64,000 bases of DNA from Spirochaetia bacterium (GCA_965199955.1 CBDATQ010000002.1:800001-864000), one strand, 5' to 3'. Shown: positions 37,925-48,136, numbered from the stretch's first letter. Notes: generated by a model from the letters alone, not told the origin. Numbers and translations are program-made.

Positions 37925-38686
37925 TCAGGGCGCAGCCGGTGGGCCGAGCCGATTGAAGCCCATGGTGTCGGTGCCGTGGATGATCTGCAGGGCATGGTCC
38001 GGGGAGTCGTACTCCAGGACCTTGACGATGGGGATGATCGCCCGCACCGCCAGCCCGATGCGGCGCAGATCTGAGCGGTTGGCCTCCGAGTGGTGCAGGG
38101 TGCGTTCGTTGAACAGGATGAACTCGCCGGGCTTCATCTCCAGATCGGTCAGGTCGCCGGGGTCGTAGCAGCCGGCATCGGCCATCACCTTGAACTGCAT
38201 GTCGGGCGTCGCCTCGACATGCGGGACGATGGTGCGGTGCGATCCGGGAATCACCTGCAGGTTGCCGTTCTGCCGGGTGGAAGGATCCACGGCGATCCAG
38301 GCGGAGATGATGACCGGCGGCTCCAGCGGCCAGTAGTGGAAGTCCTGGTGCCAGGGGATCGCCTTGCTGTCCCGGTTCTTGACAAAGAAGTTGGTGCGCC
38401 ACAACAGCAGGTCGGGCCCGTACAGCGCAACCATGCGCTCGACGATCGCCGGATCGGTAGCCAGGTCGTACACCGCGCGGCTGTCGAGGTGACGGTTGTG
38501 GACACGGTTGTGCGACGCCGGCGGATCGGTTTCCAGAACCCGCTCGATGGCTGGCCGCATCGCGGCCATTTCGTCTGGCGAGCACAGGGTGTAGGGCCCG
38601 AGGTATCCGTCGCGGCGAAACCGCTCCATCTCCGCGGCGGAGAGCACCGCGGGCGCGGAAACCGACGTCCGGTCAAGTGGCTTCAT
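37925..38686 (-). CDS. PhyH family Fe(II)/2OG dioxygenase
   Basis: FRRDGYLGP, PWHQD, NGNLQVIPGSH and TLHHSEAN. Confidence 0.92.
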   Translation of the reverse strand: MKPLDRTSVSAPAVLSAAEMERFRRDGYLGPYTLCSPDEMAAMRPAIERVLETDPPASHNRVHNRHLDSRAVYDLATDPAIVERMVALYGPDLLLWRTNFFVKNRDSKAIPWHQDFHYWPLEPPVIISAWIAVDPSTRQNGNLQVIPGSHRTIVPHVEATPDMQFKVMADAGCYDPGDLTDLEMKPGEFILFNERTLHHSEANRSDLRRIGLAVRAIIPIVKVLEYDSPDHALQIIHGTDTMGFNRLGPPAAP

Positions 38687-38692
38687 GCGGGT

Positions 38693-39709
38693 TCAGAGCG
38701 GCGTTACGGTGATCAGGCGCTCCTCGCCTTGCGCCGCGAGCGGGTTGCGAAGGGGCCGGGCGAAGAGGGGGGATTCGATCTCGAATGTGTCGCCGGTCTG
38801 GGGATCGATGCCGTGGGCGCAGCTCAGGATGGGGGCGCCGAGGAAGTGGCAGTGGACGTCGCCGGGGAGGCGAAACAGGTCGTACTTGAACAGGTGGTGC
38901 TCCATGTTGGCCAGGGTGTGGGTCATGTTGGCCTCGCCGGTCATGAAGGCGGCCTGCCAGAGCACGGCGCCATCGCGGCGCACGCGCACCTCGCCCTGGA
39001 CGGAGTCGGGCAGCGGGCCGAGCAGCAGCTCGGGGCCTATCGAGCAGGCACGCAACTTGGAATGCGCGAGGTACAGGTAGTTCTGGCGCTCGATGACGTG
39101 GTCGGCGAACTCGTTGCCGAGCGCGAAGCCGACGCGGCGCGGGCGGCCGTGGCGGCCGATCAGATAGACGCCGACCGCCTCCGCCTCCTCGCCGCCGTCG
39201 CCCGCGAATCCCGGCAGCGGCAGTTCGTGCTCCGGCGGGATGAGGATGCTGCCGTCGCCCTTGTAGAACCACTCGGGGGCAGCGCCGATGGTACCGGGCG
39301 CCGGCTTGCCGCCCCGCACCCCAAGCCGGAACATGCGGATCGAGTCGGTCACACTCTCGTCGTCGGCATCGTCCCTGGAGCCCGACCCGCCGTGCATGGC
39401 GTCGCGCGCCATGGCGCTGCCGGTGTGGTTGAGGCCGGTGCCGGAGATCACCAGGTGGGCGGGGTCAGGGTGGTCGATCGGCGGGAGCAGGCGCCGCTCG
39501 TCGACCAGCGCCTGGTAGTCGACGCGGGTGGCGCGGTCACGGCCGGCCACGAGGTCGACGAGCGCCCGGCCGGTCGTGTCAGCTTCGTGGGCCAGCTCCA
39601 GAATCGAGGCGACGCCGGCGAGCTCGTCGATCCGGTCGCGGCCGGCGACCACGCCGACGCGGCGCCGACCGGACGCGGTCACGTACTGAACGAGGCGCGG
39701 GATACTCAC
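38693..39709 (-). CDS. Fumarylacetoacetate-hydrolase-fold AraD1-like sugar-acid catabolism protein
   Basis: RLVQY, SGTGLNHTGSA, PEWFYKGDG, DGGEEAE, GNEFADH, NYLYLAHSKLR and PLRNPL. Confidence 0.85.
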   Translation of the reverse strand: MSIPRLVQYVTASGRRRVGVVAGRDRIDELAGVASILELAHEADTTGRALVDLVAGRDRATRVDYQALVDERRLLPPIDHPDPAHLVISGTGLNHTGSAMARDAMHGGSGSRDDADDESVTDSIRMFRLGVRGGKPAPGTIGAAPEWFYKGDGSILIPPEHELPLPGFAGDGGEEAEAVGVYLIGRHGRPRRVGFALGNEFADHVIERQNYLYLAHSKLRACSIGPELLLGPLPDSVQGEVRVRRDGAVLWQAAFMTGEANMTHTLANMEHHLFKYDLFRLPGDVHCHFLGAPILSCAHGIDPQTGDTFEIESPLFARPLRNPLAAQGEERLITVTPL

Positions 39710-40677
39710 AGCCGCTGCACCTCGCCGGTGCGGATGGCCCGGTCGGCGGCCAGCACGATGCGCGTGGCCTGGATGCCGTCGGTGGCGTCGAGCTCGGGGG
39801 CGCGCCCGGCGCGCAGCGCGGTGATGAACTCGCGGTTCTCCAGCAGGAAGCCCTCCTCGGTCTCGACCCGCTCCGACCATTGGCGCTCGCCGTCGTTGAA
39901 CGTGGCGGCCTTGAAGCGGTCGTGGAGTTGCACGCTGCGGCCGCCGCCGAACAGCTCCAGGAAGAACTTGCTGGTCATGTGGCCCAGGGCCGCGTCGCCC
40001 TGAATCCAGCTCGCCACGGCGCCGGAGGCGAAGCGGATCGAGGCCACGCACTGGTCGATGCGAGGATGGCCGGGGTGGGTCATGGCGCCGCCGGCCGCCC
40101 ACAGCAGCTCCGGCTCGCTGCGCGCCATCCAGCGGATCACGTCGGTGGTGTGGCAGCCCTGGCTGTAGACGTTGGCGCCGCCGCGCACCGGGTCCTGCGC
40201 CCAGGCGTCGTCGCGCCAGCGGCTGTCCATCATCTGGCCCACGATCACCTGCGGCTCCGGGATGAACTCCCGCGCCTTTTGCAGCAGCGGGTAGTAGCGC
40301 ATCTTGAACGCCGGCATCAGCCACACACCGGCCTCCTCGACCGCGGCGGCCACCGCCTCGCACTCCTCGACCGACAGCGACAGCGGCTTCTCGATCAGGA
40401 TGTGCTTGCCGGCCCGTGCCGCCTCGATGGCCAGCGGCGCGTGCGAGTCGTGGTGGGTGCAGATGTAGACGGCGTCAAGGCCGGGGTCGGCAAGCAGCCG
40501 CGCGATGTCGTCGGTCGCGTAGCCGCCGTGCTCGGCCGCAAGCCGCTCCGCCGCGGCCGGCACCACGTCGGCGAAGGCCGTGAAGCGGGAGCCGCCCGCC
40601 TCCCGCACGCAGTCCGCGTGCACGGCGCCCAGGCTGCCGCAGCCGATCAGGCCGAAGCGCAGGTCGCGGGCGCTCAT
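39706..40677 (-). CDS. Gfo/Idh/MocA family oxidoreductase
   Basis: GLIGCGSLG, GKHILIEKP and GGANVYSQGCH. Confidence 0.9.
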   Translation of the reverse strand: MSARDLRFGLIGCGSLGAVHADCVREAGGSRFTAFADVVPAAAERLAAEHGGYATDDIARLLADPGLDAVYICTHHDSHAPLAIEAARAGKHILIEKPLSLSVEECEAVAAAVEEAGVWLMPAFKMRYYPLLQKAREFIPEPQVIVGQMMDSRWRDDAWAQDPVRGGANVYSQGCHTTDVIRWMARSEPELLWAAGGAMTHPGHPRIDQCVASIRFASGAVASWIQGDAALGHMTSKFFLELFGGGRSVQLHDRFKAATFNDGERQWSERVETEEGFLLENREFITALRAGRAPELDATDGIQATRIVLAADRAIRTGEVQRL

Positions 40678-42875
40678 CCCGGCGGCTCCGGGCCGGAATC
40701 GTGGTACATCAGCCGGTGCAGGTCCGTGAGCAGCCGGTCGTCGGTGGTCATGCGCATCTGAGGCGCGATGCAGGGCATGCCGCGGCTCAGCGTCGGGTCG
40801 CCGTACACGTTGGTCTGCCGGTCGGCCAGGTCGATGTCCGCGCAGGCCACGCCGTCGCCGTGGATCTCGGCGATGATGGCCCCGGAGGAGTCGATGATCA
40901 TGCTCGGCGGGCCGGTCGCGGCGGCGACGAAGTAGAGGCGGTTGTCGAGCGCGCGCGTGCGCCACGTGATCGGCTTGCCGCCGGCGACCGGCAGGAACAG
41001 GATCTCCGCGCCGAGGTGCGCGTAGTAGCGGGCCACTTCCGGGAACCACTCGTCGTAGCAGATGTGGAGCGCCACGCGCCCGACGTCCAGGTCGAACACC
41101 GGGTACTCGGTGCCGCAGGAGATGCCGCCGCGCAGTTCGCCGAAGGTCAGGTGGGTCTTGTCGTAAGAGCCCAGCAGCTCGCCCGAGCGGTCGAACAGGA
41201 CCGCCGTGTTGAACACGTGCGGGCCGCGCCGGCAGATGACGCCGGCGATCACGTACATGTAGTGGCGGCGCGCGGCCTCCGCCATCACCCGGCAGACGGG
41301 GCCCTCGGGGACCGGCTCCGCGGCGTCAGCCCATGATCCGTAGGCGCGTTCGGGGACGCCCTGCACGGGGGAGAACTCGGTGAGGGCGGCGATGTCCACC
41401 CCCATCGATCCGGCCTGGTCGAGCTTGGCGGCGATGCGCTCGCGCTGCTCGGCCATGGTCAGCGGCGCCGGCGGCTCGCCGAAGCGGATGGTAGCGATGC
41501 GCGCGATGCGCGCCGGCGGCCGTGGGACCTGCGTGACCACGGCCCGCGACCACGCGATCCGGCCGCTCGGTGCGGCGCGCAGGTAGAGCTCCATCCGCTC
41601 CTGCTCGGATGGGTGGGGTTCGTGCCGGAACGTGCACTCCAGGGACAGCGTGCCCGCCGGCACGGCCCTCTGTTCGGCGGAACGCAGCAGCCGTGGCGTC
41701 AGGAAGTGGCCGGCACACTGGGCGAACACCGAGAGCGCGGGGCGCTCGATGTTCTCCGGGCGTGCCTGCACACTCGCGCGGTACCAGCAGCCGGGGATCA
41801 GGCGGACCGGGCGGTGCCAGCAGCCGAAGGCGTGCAGGTCGCCGGTTCCTTCAAGGACGAGCTCCTGCTCTGAGTCCGCGCCGGTTTCGATCCGGGCGCG
41901 CGGCGCGAGCTCCGGGCGTGGGGTGTCCGTGCGCCACTCACCGTGCAGGCGATTCGCGTCCGGCGGCGGCTCAGCCTCCCCGGTCTCGACCGGATTGACG
42001 CCGGCCGCCAGCAGCAGGCCGACCCACTGGCGATGATTGCGTGTCACCGATGCCGGGCGCTCTCGGCTGCGGGCCACGAATCCGGGGACGTAGCTGCGTC
42101 CGGTCGGGACACCGAGGCGGCAGTAACGGGTGTCGAGGCTCCAGCGCACGGTCTGTGACGTATTCGGCAGCGAGCGGTGCGCGACCCGTTCCATGGTCAT
42201 GAGGGCGTCGCCCGGCTGCATCTGGCAGGTGACGCGCTCGCCGTCCGGCAGGTCCTCGTCCTCGATGCCGTGGTACGCGACGACACCGGGGATGCTGGTG
42301 TTCAGCCGGTGCGGAACGCTCTGCCGGTGCGAGCCGGCGATCACTTCCAGGCAGCCGTTCTCGCGCCTGGCGCTGGTTAGCGGGATCCACAGGTTGAGGA
42401 TCACGGTGTCGCCGATGTCCTCTCTCAGGTATGCGTCGTCCTGGTGCCAGGGCACGTCGGCGGGGTCGTGCTCGGGGAGCTTCACCCGCAGCACCGTCTG
42501 CGGATGGGCCAGGATCTCCGGCCCGATCACGGACTCGATCGCGTCGAGCAGGGCCGGATGGGTGCGCAGAGCGAACATGCCGGCCGTCTTGTGCCGTTTG
42601 CTGTGCAGCCGGCGCCAGATCCAGGAGAGGGACTCCTCGTCCAGCTCGGCGGCGACCGCGGCCAGCCGCCGGTCGAAGGGCTCGTCCGCGAAGGTGGCAT
42701 CGGGATCCAGGCGCTCCCAGATGACGAGCTGCTCGACCTCCTGCTCCACGGCCGCGGCGAGGTCGTCGGCGAGGGGCTGGATTGCCGCCCGCGGCAGCAA
42801 CCCGGGGATGATCAGGTAGCCCCGTTCGTGGAGCTCCGCGCACTGCGACTGGGTCAGACCGGTGGCGTATTCCAT
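40674..42875 (-). CDS. Fusion of PhyH dioxygenase, beta-sandwich linker and nitrilase-family carbon-nitrogen hydrolase
   Basis: N-terminal PWHQD...NGCLEVIAGSH...VAHRSLPN; C-terminal triad LTEF (E), YDKTHL (K), ICYDEWFPE (C). One continuous frame. Confidence 0.85.
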   Translation of the reverse strand: MEYATGLTQSQCAELHERGYLIIPGLLPRAAIQPLADDLAAAVEQEVEQLVIWERLDPDATFADEPFDRRLAAVAAELDEESLSWIWRRLHSKRHKTAGMFALRTHPALLDAIESVIGPEILAHPQTVLRVKLPEHDPADVPWHQDDAYLREDIGDTVILNLWIPLTSARRENGCLEVIAGSHRQSVPHRLNTSIPGVVAYHGIEDEDLPDGERVTCQMQPGDALMTMERVAHRSLPNTSQTVRWSLDTRYCRLGVPTGRSYVPGFVARSRERPASVTRNHRQWVGLLLAAGVNPVETGEAEPPPDANRLHGEWRTDTPRPELAPRARIETGADSEQELVLEGTGDLHAFGCWHRPVRLIPGCWYRASVQARPENIERPALSVFAQCAGHFLTPRLLRSAEQRAVPAGTLSLECTFRHEPHPSEQERMELYLRAAPSGRIAWSRAVVTQVPRPPARIARIATIRFGEPPAPLTMAEQRERIAAKLDQAGSMGVDIAALTEFSPVQGVPERAYGSWADAAEPVPEGPVCRVMAEAARRHYMYVIAGVICRRGPHVFNTAVLFDRSGELLGSYDKTHLTFGELRGGISCGTEYPVFDLDVGRVALHICYDEWFPEVARYYAHLGAEILFLPVAGGKPITWRTRALDNRLYFVAAATGPPSMIIDSSGAIIAEIHGDGVACADIDLADRQTNVYGDPTLSRGMPCIAPQMRMTTDDRLLTDLHRLMYHDSGPEPPG

Positions 42876-42944
42876 ACCGGAGCGATTGAACGTCGGCGTG
42901 CGCCGCCTTGACAAGCCGCTCGCCGTCCGGGCGGCGTAGCTCGA

Positions 42945-43898
42945 CTATCGCTCCAGCGTCTCGCGCAGCACGCCCGTCGGTCCGACCAGCACCACGTCGC
43001 CGAAGCGGAGCTCTTTCTCCATGAACTGCTCTTCCGCATGCTGCAGAGCCCTGCCGGGCTCGATCGCGACGACGGTCGCGTTGTCGGTCAGCGTCTCATC
43101 CGCCAGGCGATCCCAGATCGCCTCCACGCTCCGCAGCGCGGTCCAGCGCTCCTCGTCCGTTCCCTCTTCGAAGGCCGCGGTCCCTGCCCAGCGGATCGGG
43201 TCGTGCGCGCCGTCCGAGGTCATGACGACTCTGCCTTCGTCCGGGGTGTGCAGGATGTGCCGCTCGGCGAGGATTCCCTCGGGTATGCCGACCGCGTCGA
43301 GCAGGCTGTTGTCCGGTTCGGTCGGCATATACGGTTCCTCCGTCCGATAGGGCTCCGCCGGCCGGCCCGTGGTCAGGCGTTCCAGCGCGTCCTTCAGGCC
43401 GGCGCGCGTGTGGTCGGTGGTCAGGCACCGGAACGGGCGCCCCGGCTCGATCAGGTGCGCGCGGGTGTCGCCGACGTGCACGAGCATCCCGTTGCGCCGT
43501 TTCCAGACCGCGGCGGTGAGGGTCGTGCCGCCCCGGCCCCGGAGCGCCTCCACCACGTCACGCTGCGCGGCAACCAGGGCGTCCGCGAGCATGTCGCGGG
43601 GCGTATCGTGATCGCCGGACAGGCACCGCTCGACGACGACCTGCACGGCGCGGCGACTCGCCCAGCCGCCGTCCTCCATGCCGCCCATGCCGTCCGCGAC
43701 CACGGCCGCACCGTGAGGGGACAACACGCCGCGGGGAATCCAGAGCAGCGCCACGCCGCAGTCCTGCTGCTCCGGGCGCGGGCCTTGCTGCATGCCGACC
43801 GCCAGCGCGCCGTCCGCACCGGCGTGGATCGCCCCGTCCGCGTAGCCGGAGAGACCGAGCGTCTCAGCGAGCCATTCGCCCACTTCCGAGTATTTCAT
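42945..43898 (-). CDS. PP2C/PPM-type protein phosphatase
   Basis: RPEQQD, VADGMGG, GTTLT, HVGDTR, TTDHT, TSDG and DNATVV. Confidence 0.88.
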   Translation of the reverse strand: MKYSEVGEWLAETLGLSGYADGAIHAGADGALAVGMQQGPRPEQQDCGVALLWIPRGVLSPHGAAVVADGMGGMEDGGWASRRAVQVVVERCLSGDHDTPRDMLADALVAAQRDVVEALRGRGGTTLTAAVWKRRNGMLVHVGDTRAHLIEPGRPFRCLTTDHTRAGLKDALERLTTGRPAEPYRTEEPYMPTEPDNSLLDAVGIPEGILAERHILHTPDEGRVVMTSDGAHDPIRWAGTAAFEEGTDEERWTALRSVEAIWDRLADETLTDNATVVAIEPGRALQHAEEQFMEKELRFGDVVLVGPTGVLRETLER

Positions 43899-43929
43899 CG
43901 TTACGCCCCACCACCGGGCGCCACGGTCT

Positions 43930-44988
43930 CTAACCCGCAGTCGCGGTGGTCTTTTTCCGAACGGCGCTCTTCACCTGCGCCTGACCGTCCCGGAACCCCA
44001 GCCGCTTGCGTCGGCCGCGCATGGCCGCGTGCGCCGCAGGCGAGCCGTCGTGGAAGCTGCCGAACCACTTGTCCAGCGGCACGCCCTCATTGCCGTAGTT
44101 GCACTCGAAGTAGCGGTGGTGCAGGTAGTGGAAATAGCCGCCGTTGCTGAAGGTCTTGTCGTCCTTGAGCACGAACTCCGAGAACCCCGAGTGGCCGGCC
44201 GCCGGGCTCAGCCCGGTGTGCATCAGGTGGAAGACCGCGTGGATGGGGTGCGACGGAATCACCCAGTGCACGAGCACGCCGGAGAAGTAGATCAGGTGCT
44301 CGATCGGGTGCATGGACAGCCCCGACCACGGGCCGATGTTGACGTTGCGGTGGTGAAGGTAGTGGGCGATCTTGTAGAGCGGCTTCCAGTGCGTCCACCG
44401 GTGCGTCCAGTAGAAGTGCATCTGCCGGATGAACAGGACCGCGATCATCATCAGCGAGCAGTAGGCGATGCCGGCCGGCGTGCGCCACTCGACCCGCGGC
44501 AGCCAGCCGTTGCCGTACATCCACAGGGTCACCGCCTCGTACGCGGTCCAGATGCCGGCGCCGGAAACCAGCGACCAGAACATGTTGTCCCAGGTCTGGT
44601 TGCCGAACAGGAACGCCCGGTTCTTCTTCGCCAGCCAGCGGGCGTTGTACTTGTACTTCTTCCCCTGCGCGCGCTTGATGTAGAGGCGCAGGTGCAGTCC
44701 GCCGGCGATCAGGACCAGGAGCGCGACGTTGCGCAGGTAGATCTCCGCGATCCAGTCGAGCTGGAAGGTGGCGGTGCGCTCCAGGGAGGGCGTGAGAAAG
44801 AGCCATGCCACCACGGCGATGGCCATGTAGACCAGGTTCTTCGGCCACAAGATGCCGTCGTGCCCGAAGATCGCCTTGAGAATCACCTTCGTCCGCACCG
44901 GCCGGTCCCACATCGGGGACGGCTGCGGGAGATTCGCCGGCTGCCACTCGCCCTTCGCGTCGCGAACGCCCAGATCCGCCTCAGCCAT
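43930..44988 (-). CDS. Sterol desaturase / fatty-acid hydroxylase family membrane enzyme
   Basis: His boxes HFYWTHRWTH, HYLHH, SMHPIEH and FHYLHHRY. Start placed 8 nt after TATCCT. Confidence 0.9.
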   Translation of the reverse strand: MAEADLGVRDAKGEWQPANLPQPSPMWDRPVRTKVILKAIFGHDGILWPKNLVYMAIAVVAWLFLTPSLERTATFQLDWIAEIYLRNVALLVLIAGGLHLRLYIKRAQGKKYKYNARWLAKKNRAFLFGNQTWDNMFWSLVSGAGIWTAYEAVTLWMYGNGWLPRVEWRTPAGIAYCSLMMIAVLFIRQMHFYWTHRWTHWKPLYKIAHYLHHRNVNIGPWSGLSMHPIEHLIYFSGVLVHWVIPSHPIHAVFHLMHTGLSPAAGHSGFSEFVLKDDKTFSNGGYFHYLHHRYFECNYGNEGVPLDKWFGSFHDGSPAAHAAMRGRRKRLGFRDGQAQVKSAVRKKTTATAG

Positions 44989-45111
44989 GACGTGGCAGGA
45001 TAGCATGGGCCCGCCGGATGTAAACCCCTGTGTGGCGGTCATTCACGCGCGCGCGCCGGTCTCGTGTGGCCGGCAGGCCGCTGCTCATCCCGCGTGCTAC
45101 GCTCCACTTCC

Positions 45112-46533
45112 GTGAGTGACGGAACAGCCCCCGAGCGACTGGACGCCGAGCGGCGCCTGTTCGTCGACCTGATCGACGTCGACCGCCGCGACAACGTGAG
45201 CCTCACCTTCCACCAGGCCCGCAAGCACGGCCTGCCGGTCATCGCCCAGGAAGAGCCGTGGGAGCGGATGGGCGGCATGACCGCGTCGGTCATCTACGAC
45301 CACGAGGAGGGCGTTTTCAAGGCGTGGTACATGGCCGGCATGTATGCCCCCGACAAGGAGCACGTGCAGTGCCTGGCGCTGTCCGATGACGGCATCAACT
45401 GGACCAAGCCCGTGCTCGGCCTGCACGAGGCCCTCGGCAACACCGACAACAACATCGTCGTTCCGGCCGAGTACCACGACGGCAGGGACCACTTCGAGAC
45501 GATGGTGAAGGATCCCATGGATCCCGACCCCGAGCGACGCTACAAGGCGCTCGGCTGGGCCAGCTACGACTGGGACGGCCCGCTGAGCGGCATCTACACC
45601 GGCACCTCGCCCGACGGCATGCGCTGGACCTTCACGCCGGAGCCGATCGTCCGTCACCACCCGCGTCCCGGAACCGCCGACTTGGGGCCGATCGGCGACG
45701 CGCAGGCGATGATGATCGACACTCGTCGCAAGCGTTACGTGGCGATGCTGCGCGGCGCTATGGATCACCCCGGCTGGCGCGTGATGTCGGTGAGCGAGGA
45801 CTTCGTCACCTGGACCCGGCCGGAGCGCTTCCTGCTCTATCTCAACCACGAGGAGTCGCTGTACAACAACAACGGCTTCGTCTACGGGGCTCAGTACCTG
45901 GGCATCCTGACCCACTTCGACCGCCGCGCCGAGCACCAGTCGCAGACCCTGAAGCTCCTGACCAGCCGCGACGGCGACGTGTGGATGCGAGCGCCTGCCA
46001 CCGAGCCCCTGGTCGGGCTGGGCGACGTCGGCGACTGGGACCGCTTCCAGATCATGCTCACCGGCGCCCCGCCGGTGCCGGTGGGCGACCGGCTGCACAT
46101 CTACTACCGCGGCACCTCGCGCCGCCACAACAAGGTGGTGGGCGAGTTCGAGCCCAGAATCGACCCGGACCAGGAACGCGGCGGCATGTCCATCGGGCTG
46201 GCCACGCTGCGGCTGGACGGCTTCGCTTCCATCGACGCCAGCTACGACGGCGGCACCATCACCACGGTGCCGTTCGAGCTGGCCGGCGCCGAGCTGCACG
46301 TCAACGCCAAGTGCGACTTCGGCCGCATCGGTGCGGAGCTGCTCGACGAGGGGTGCCGCCCGATACCGGGCTATGCCGCCGACGACTGCATCGCGGTCAG
46401 CGCCGACACCACCGACCAGGTCATCCGCTGGCGCGGGGAGGCGGCCGGCAGGCCGCTGTCCGCCATCGCCGCGCCGGCGCGGATCCGCTTCCACATGGCC
46501 AACTCCCGCCTCTATAGCTACTGGCTGCAGTGA
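45112..46533 (+). CDS. Uncharacterised glycosidase-like beta-propeller protein
   Basis: SDDGINWTKP, DPDPERRYK, SPDGMRW, SRDGDVW, LRLDGF and ELLDE..RPIPGY. Confidence 0.75.
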   Translation: MSDGTAPERLDAERRLFVDLIDVDRRDNVSLTFHQARKHGLPVIAQEEPWERMGGMTASVIYDHEEGVFKAWYMAGMYAPDKEHVQCLALSDDGINWTKPVLGLHEALGNTDNNIVVPAEYHDGRDHFETMVKDPMDPDPERRYKALGWASYDWDGPLSGIYTGTSPDGMRWTFTPEPIVRHHPRPGTADLGPIGDAQAMMIDTRRKRYVAMLRGAMDHPGWRVMSVSEDFVTWTRPERFLLYLNHEESLYNNNGFVYGAQYLGILTHFDRRAEHQSQTLKLLTSRDGDVWMRAPATEPLVGLGDVGDWDRFQIMLTGAPPVPVGDRLHIYYRGTSRRHNKVVGEFEPRIDPDQERGGMSIGLATLRLDGFASIDASYDGGTITTVPFELAGAELHVNAKCDFGRIGAELLDEGCRPIPGYAADDCIAVSADTTDQVIRWRGEAAGRPLSAIAAPARIRFHMANSRLYSYWLQ

Positions 46534-46579
46534 GGCCCCGAACCATCCGGCAAGCCGGAACCCCAGCAAGGAGCACGGC

Positions 46580-48094
46580 ATGATCACCGTCCACAACAGC
46601 GTCCCCAACCCCGTCGTCGAAGAGGCGGTCCTGTTCCCGTTCGACACCTACAGTTGTCCGTTCTCGGCCGGGCTCCGGCTGCAGCTCATCCCCGGAAAGA
46701 TCCCCGGCCGCGGCAACCCGATCGTCGTCGCCGCCGGCGAGCCGGGGTCACCCGACGACTACAGTACCCGCTTCTACGGCACGGTCATCCCCATCGACGG
46801 CGAGTTGCGCATGTGGTACCTGGCCCGCAGCACCCTCGACGCGGACGGCAGCAACGGCGGCCAGCTCCGCTGCTGCTACGCCACCAGCACGGACGGCGTC
46901 AACTGGGACAAGCCCGACCTGGGCCTGATCGAGTTCAACGGCAGCACGCACAACAACATCGTCAACCTGCGCGCCGGCCGCTGCGACTTCGCCGCTCTGC
47001 CGGTGATGTACGAGCCGAACGACCCGGACCCGGCGCGGCGTTTCAAGGTTGTCTTCGAGAGCGAGGCGTACGGCAACCAGTTCGCCGTCGCCTACTCGGC
47101 CGACGGCCTCAACTGGACCGAGTCGCCGAACAACCCGGTCGGTCCCGGCCTGGAGCAGACCGGGCTGCTCCGCCACAACGGCTGCTATTACGTCAACGGC
47201 CAGGGCGGCACGCACTACACCACGGGGCGGGTGCTCGCGACCTTCGCCTCCTACGACTTCGAGACCTGGACGCAGGCGTCCTGCCTGGGCTTCCGCCGCG
47301 ACATGGTGCCGCCTGAACCGCTGCTCTACGACCCGCTCTCCTCGGCGCCGAAGGCCAGGTGGAACCAGAGCGAGGAGGTGCACCTGGGAGCCGGCCTCTG
47401 GGACCGGGGCAACGTGATCCTGGGCATCTACGACATCTGGCACGGCACGCCCAGCAGCGACCGCCAGCTCATCTCCATGGACCTGGGCCTGCTGGTCAGC
47501 CACGACGCCCTGCACTTCTACGAGCCGATCAAGGATTTCCCGATCCTCCCTTCCTACGAGGAGGCAGGCGCCGTGGTCGGCAAGCCGCCGACGGTCAGCC
47601 ACGGCCAGGGCATGGTCAACTGGGGCGACAAGACCATGCTGTGGTACGAGGCGTGGGGGAATCTGCCGGTGGAGGTGCGCCTTGCCACCTGGGAGCGCGA
47701 CCGGATCGGCTATTTCGAGGCCATGCGCGGCGAGGGCGGCCACCTGGTGACCTGCCCGCTGGCCGGCGCCACCGAGTTCAGTGCCAACGTCGGCGGCCTG
47801 GGCCCGTACACTGAGCTGCGGTTCGAGCTTCTGGACGAGGGCTTCCATCCGCTGCCCGGCTTCAGCGGCGCCGACGCCGCGGTGCTCACCGGGCTGGAAG
47901 GAGCCGGAGAAGGCGAGGAGGACCTGGTGCCGGGTCAGCAGAGCCGGCGGGAGTCCACGCCGGCCGCCGGACTGCGCGAGCCGGTCCGCTGGCAGCGCCC
48001 CGTGCCGGCCGACGCCGGATCGCTGCGCCTGCAGGTCACCTTCGCCGGCATCCGCCCCGAGGACGGCCAACTGTACGCGATCTACGCCCGCTGA
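46580..48094 (+). CDS. Uncharacterised glycosidase-like beta-propeller protein
   Basis: AAGGAG RBS; STDGVNWDKP, DPDPARRFK, SADGLNW and ELLDEGFHPLPGF. Confidence 0.75.
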   Translation: MITVHNSVPNPVVEEAVLFPFDTYSCPFSAGLRLQLIPGKIPGRGNPIVVAAGEPGSPDDYSTRFYGTVIPIDGELRMWYLARSTLDADGSNGGQLRCCYATSTDGVNWDKPDLGLIEFNGSTHNNIVNLRAGRCDFAALPVMYEPNDPDPARRFKVVFESEAYGNQFAVAYSADGLNWTESPNNPVGPGLEQTGLLRHNGCYYVNGQGGTHYTTGRVLATFASYDFETWTQASCLGFRRDMVPPEPLLYDPLSSAPKARWNQSEEVHLGAGLWDRGNVILGIYDIWHGTPSSDRQLISMDLGLLVSHDALHFYEPIKDFPILPSYEEAGAVVGKPPTVSHGQGMVNWGDKTMLWYEAWGNLPVEVRLATWERDRIGYFEAMRGEGGHLVTCPLAGATEFSANVGGLGPYTELRFELLDEGFHPLPGFSGADAAVLTGLEGAGEGEEDLVPGQQSRRESTPAAGLREPVRWQRPVPADAGSLRLQVTFAGIRPEDGQLYAIYAR

Positions 48095-48136
48095 GCGCGC
48101 GTTCCGATCTCTCATCAGAAGATTGTAGGAGGTGCA

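Noticed and set aside
38090..40003. Long alternative-frame and antisense ORFs (e.g. 637 aa here, 5113-6984, 53907-55751)
   Set aside because: They are shadow ORFs of GC-rich coding DNA overlapping well-supported genes and carry no family motifs.
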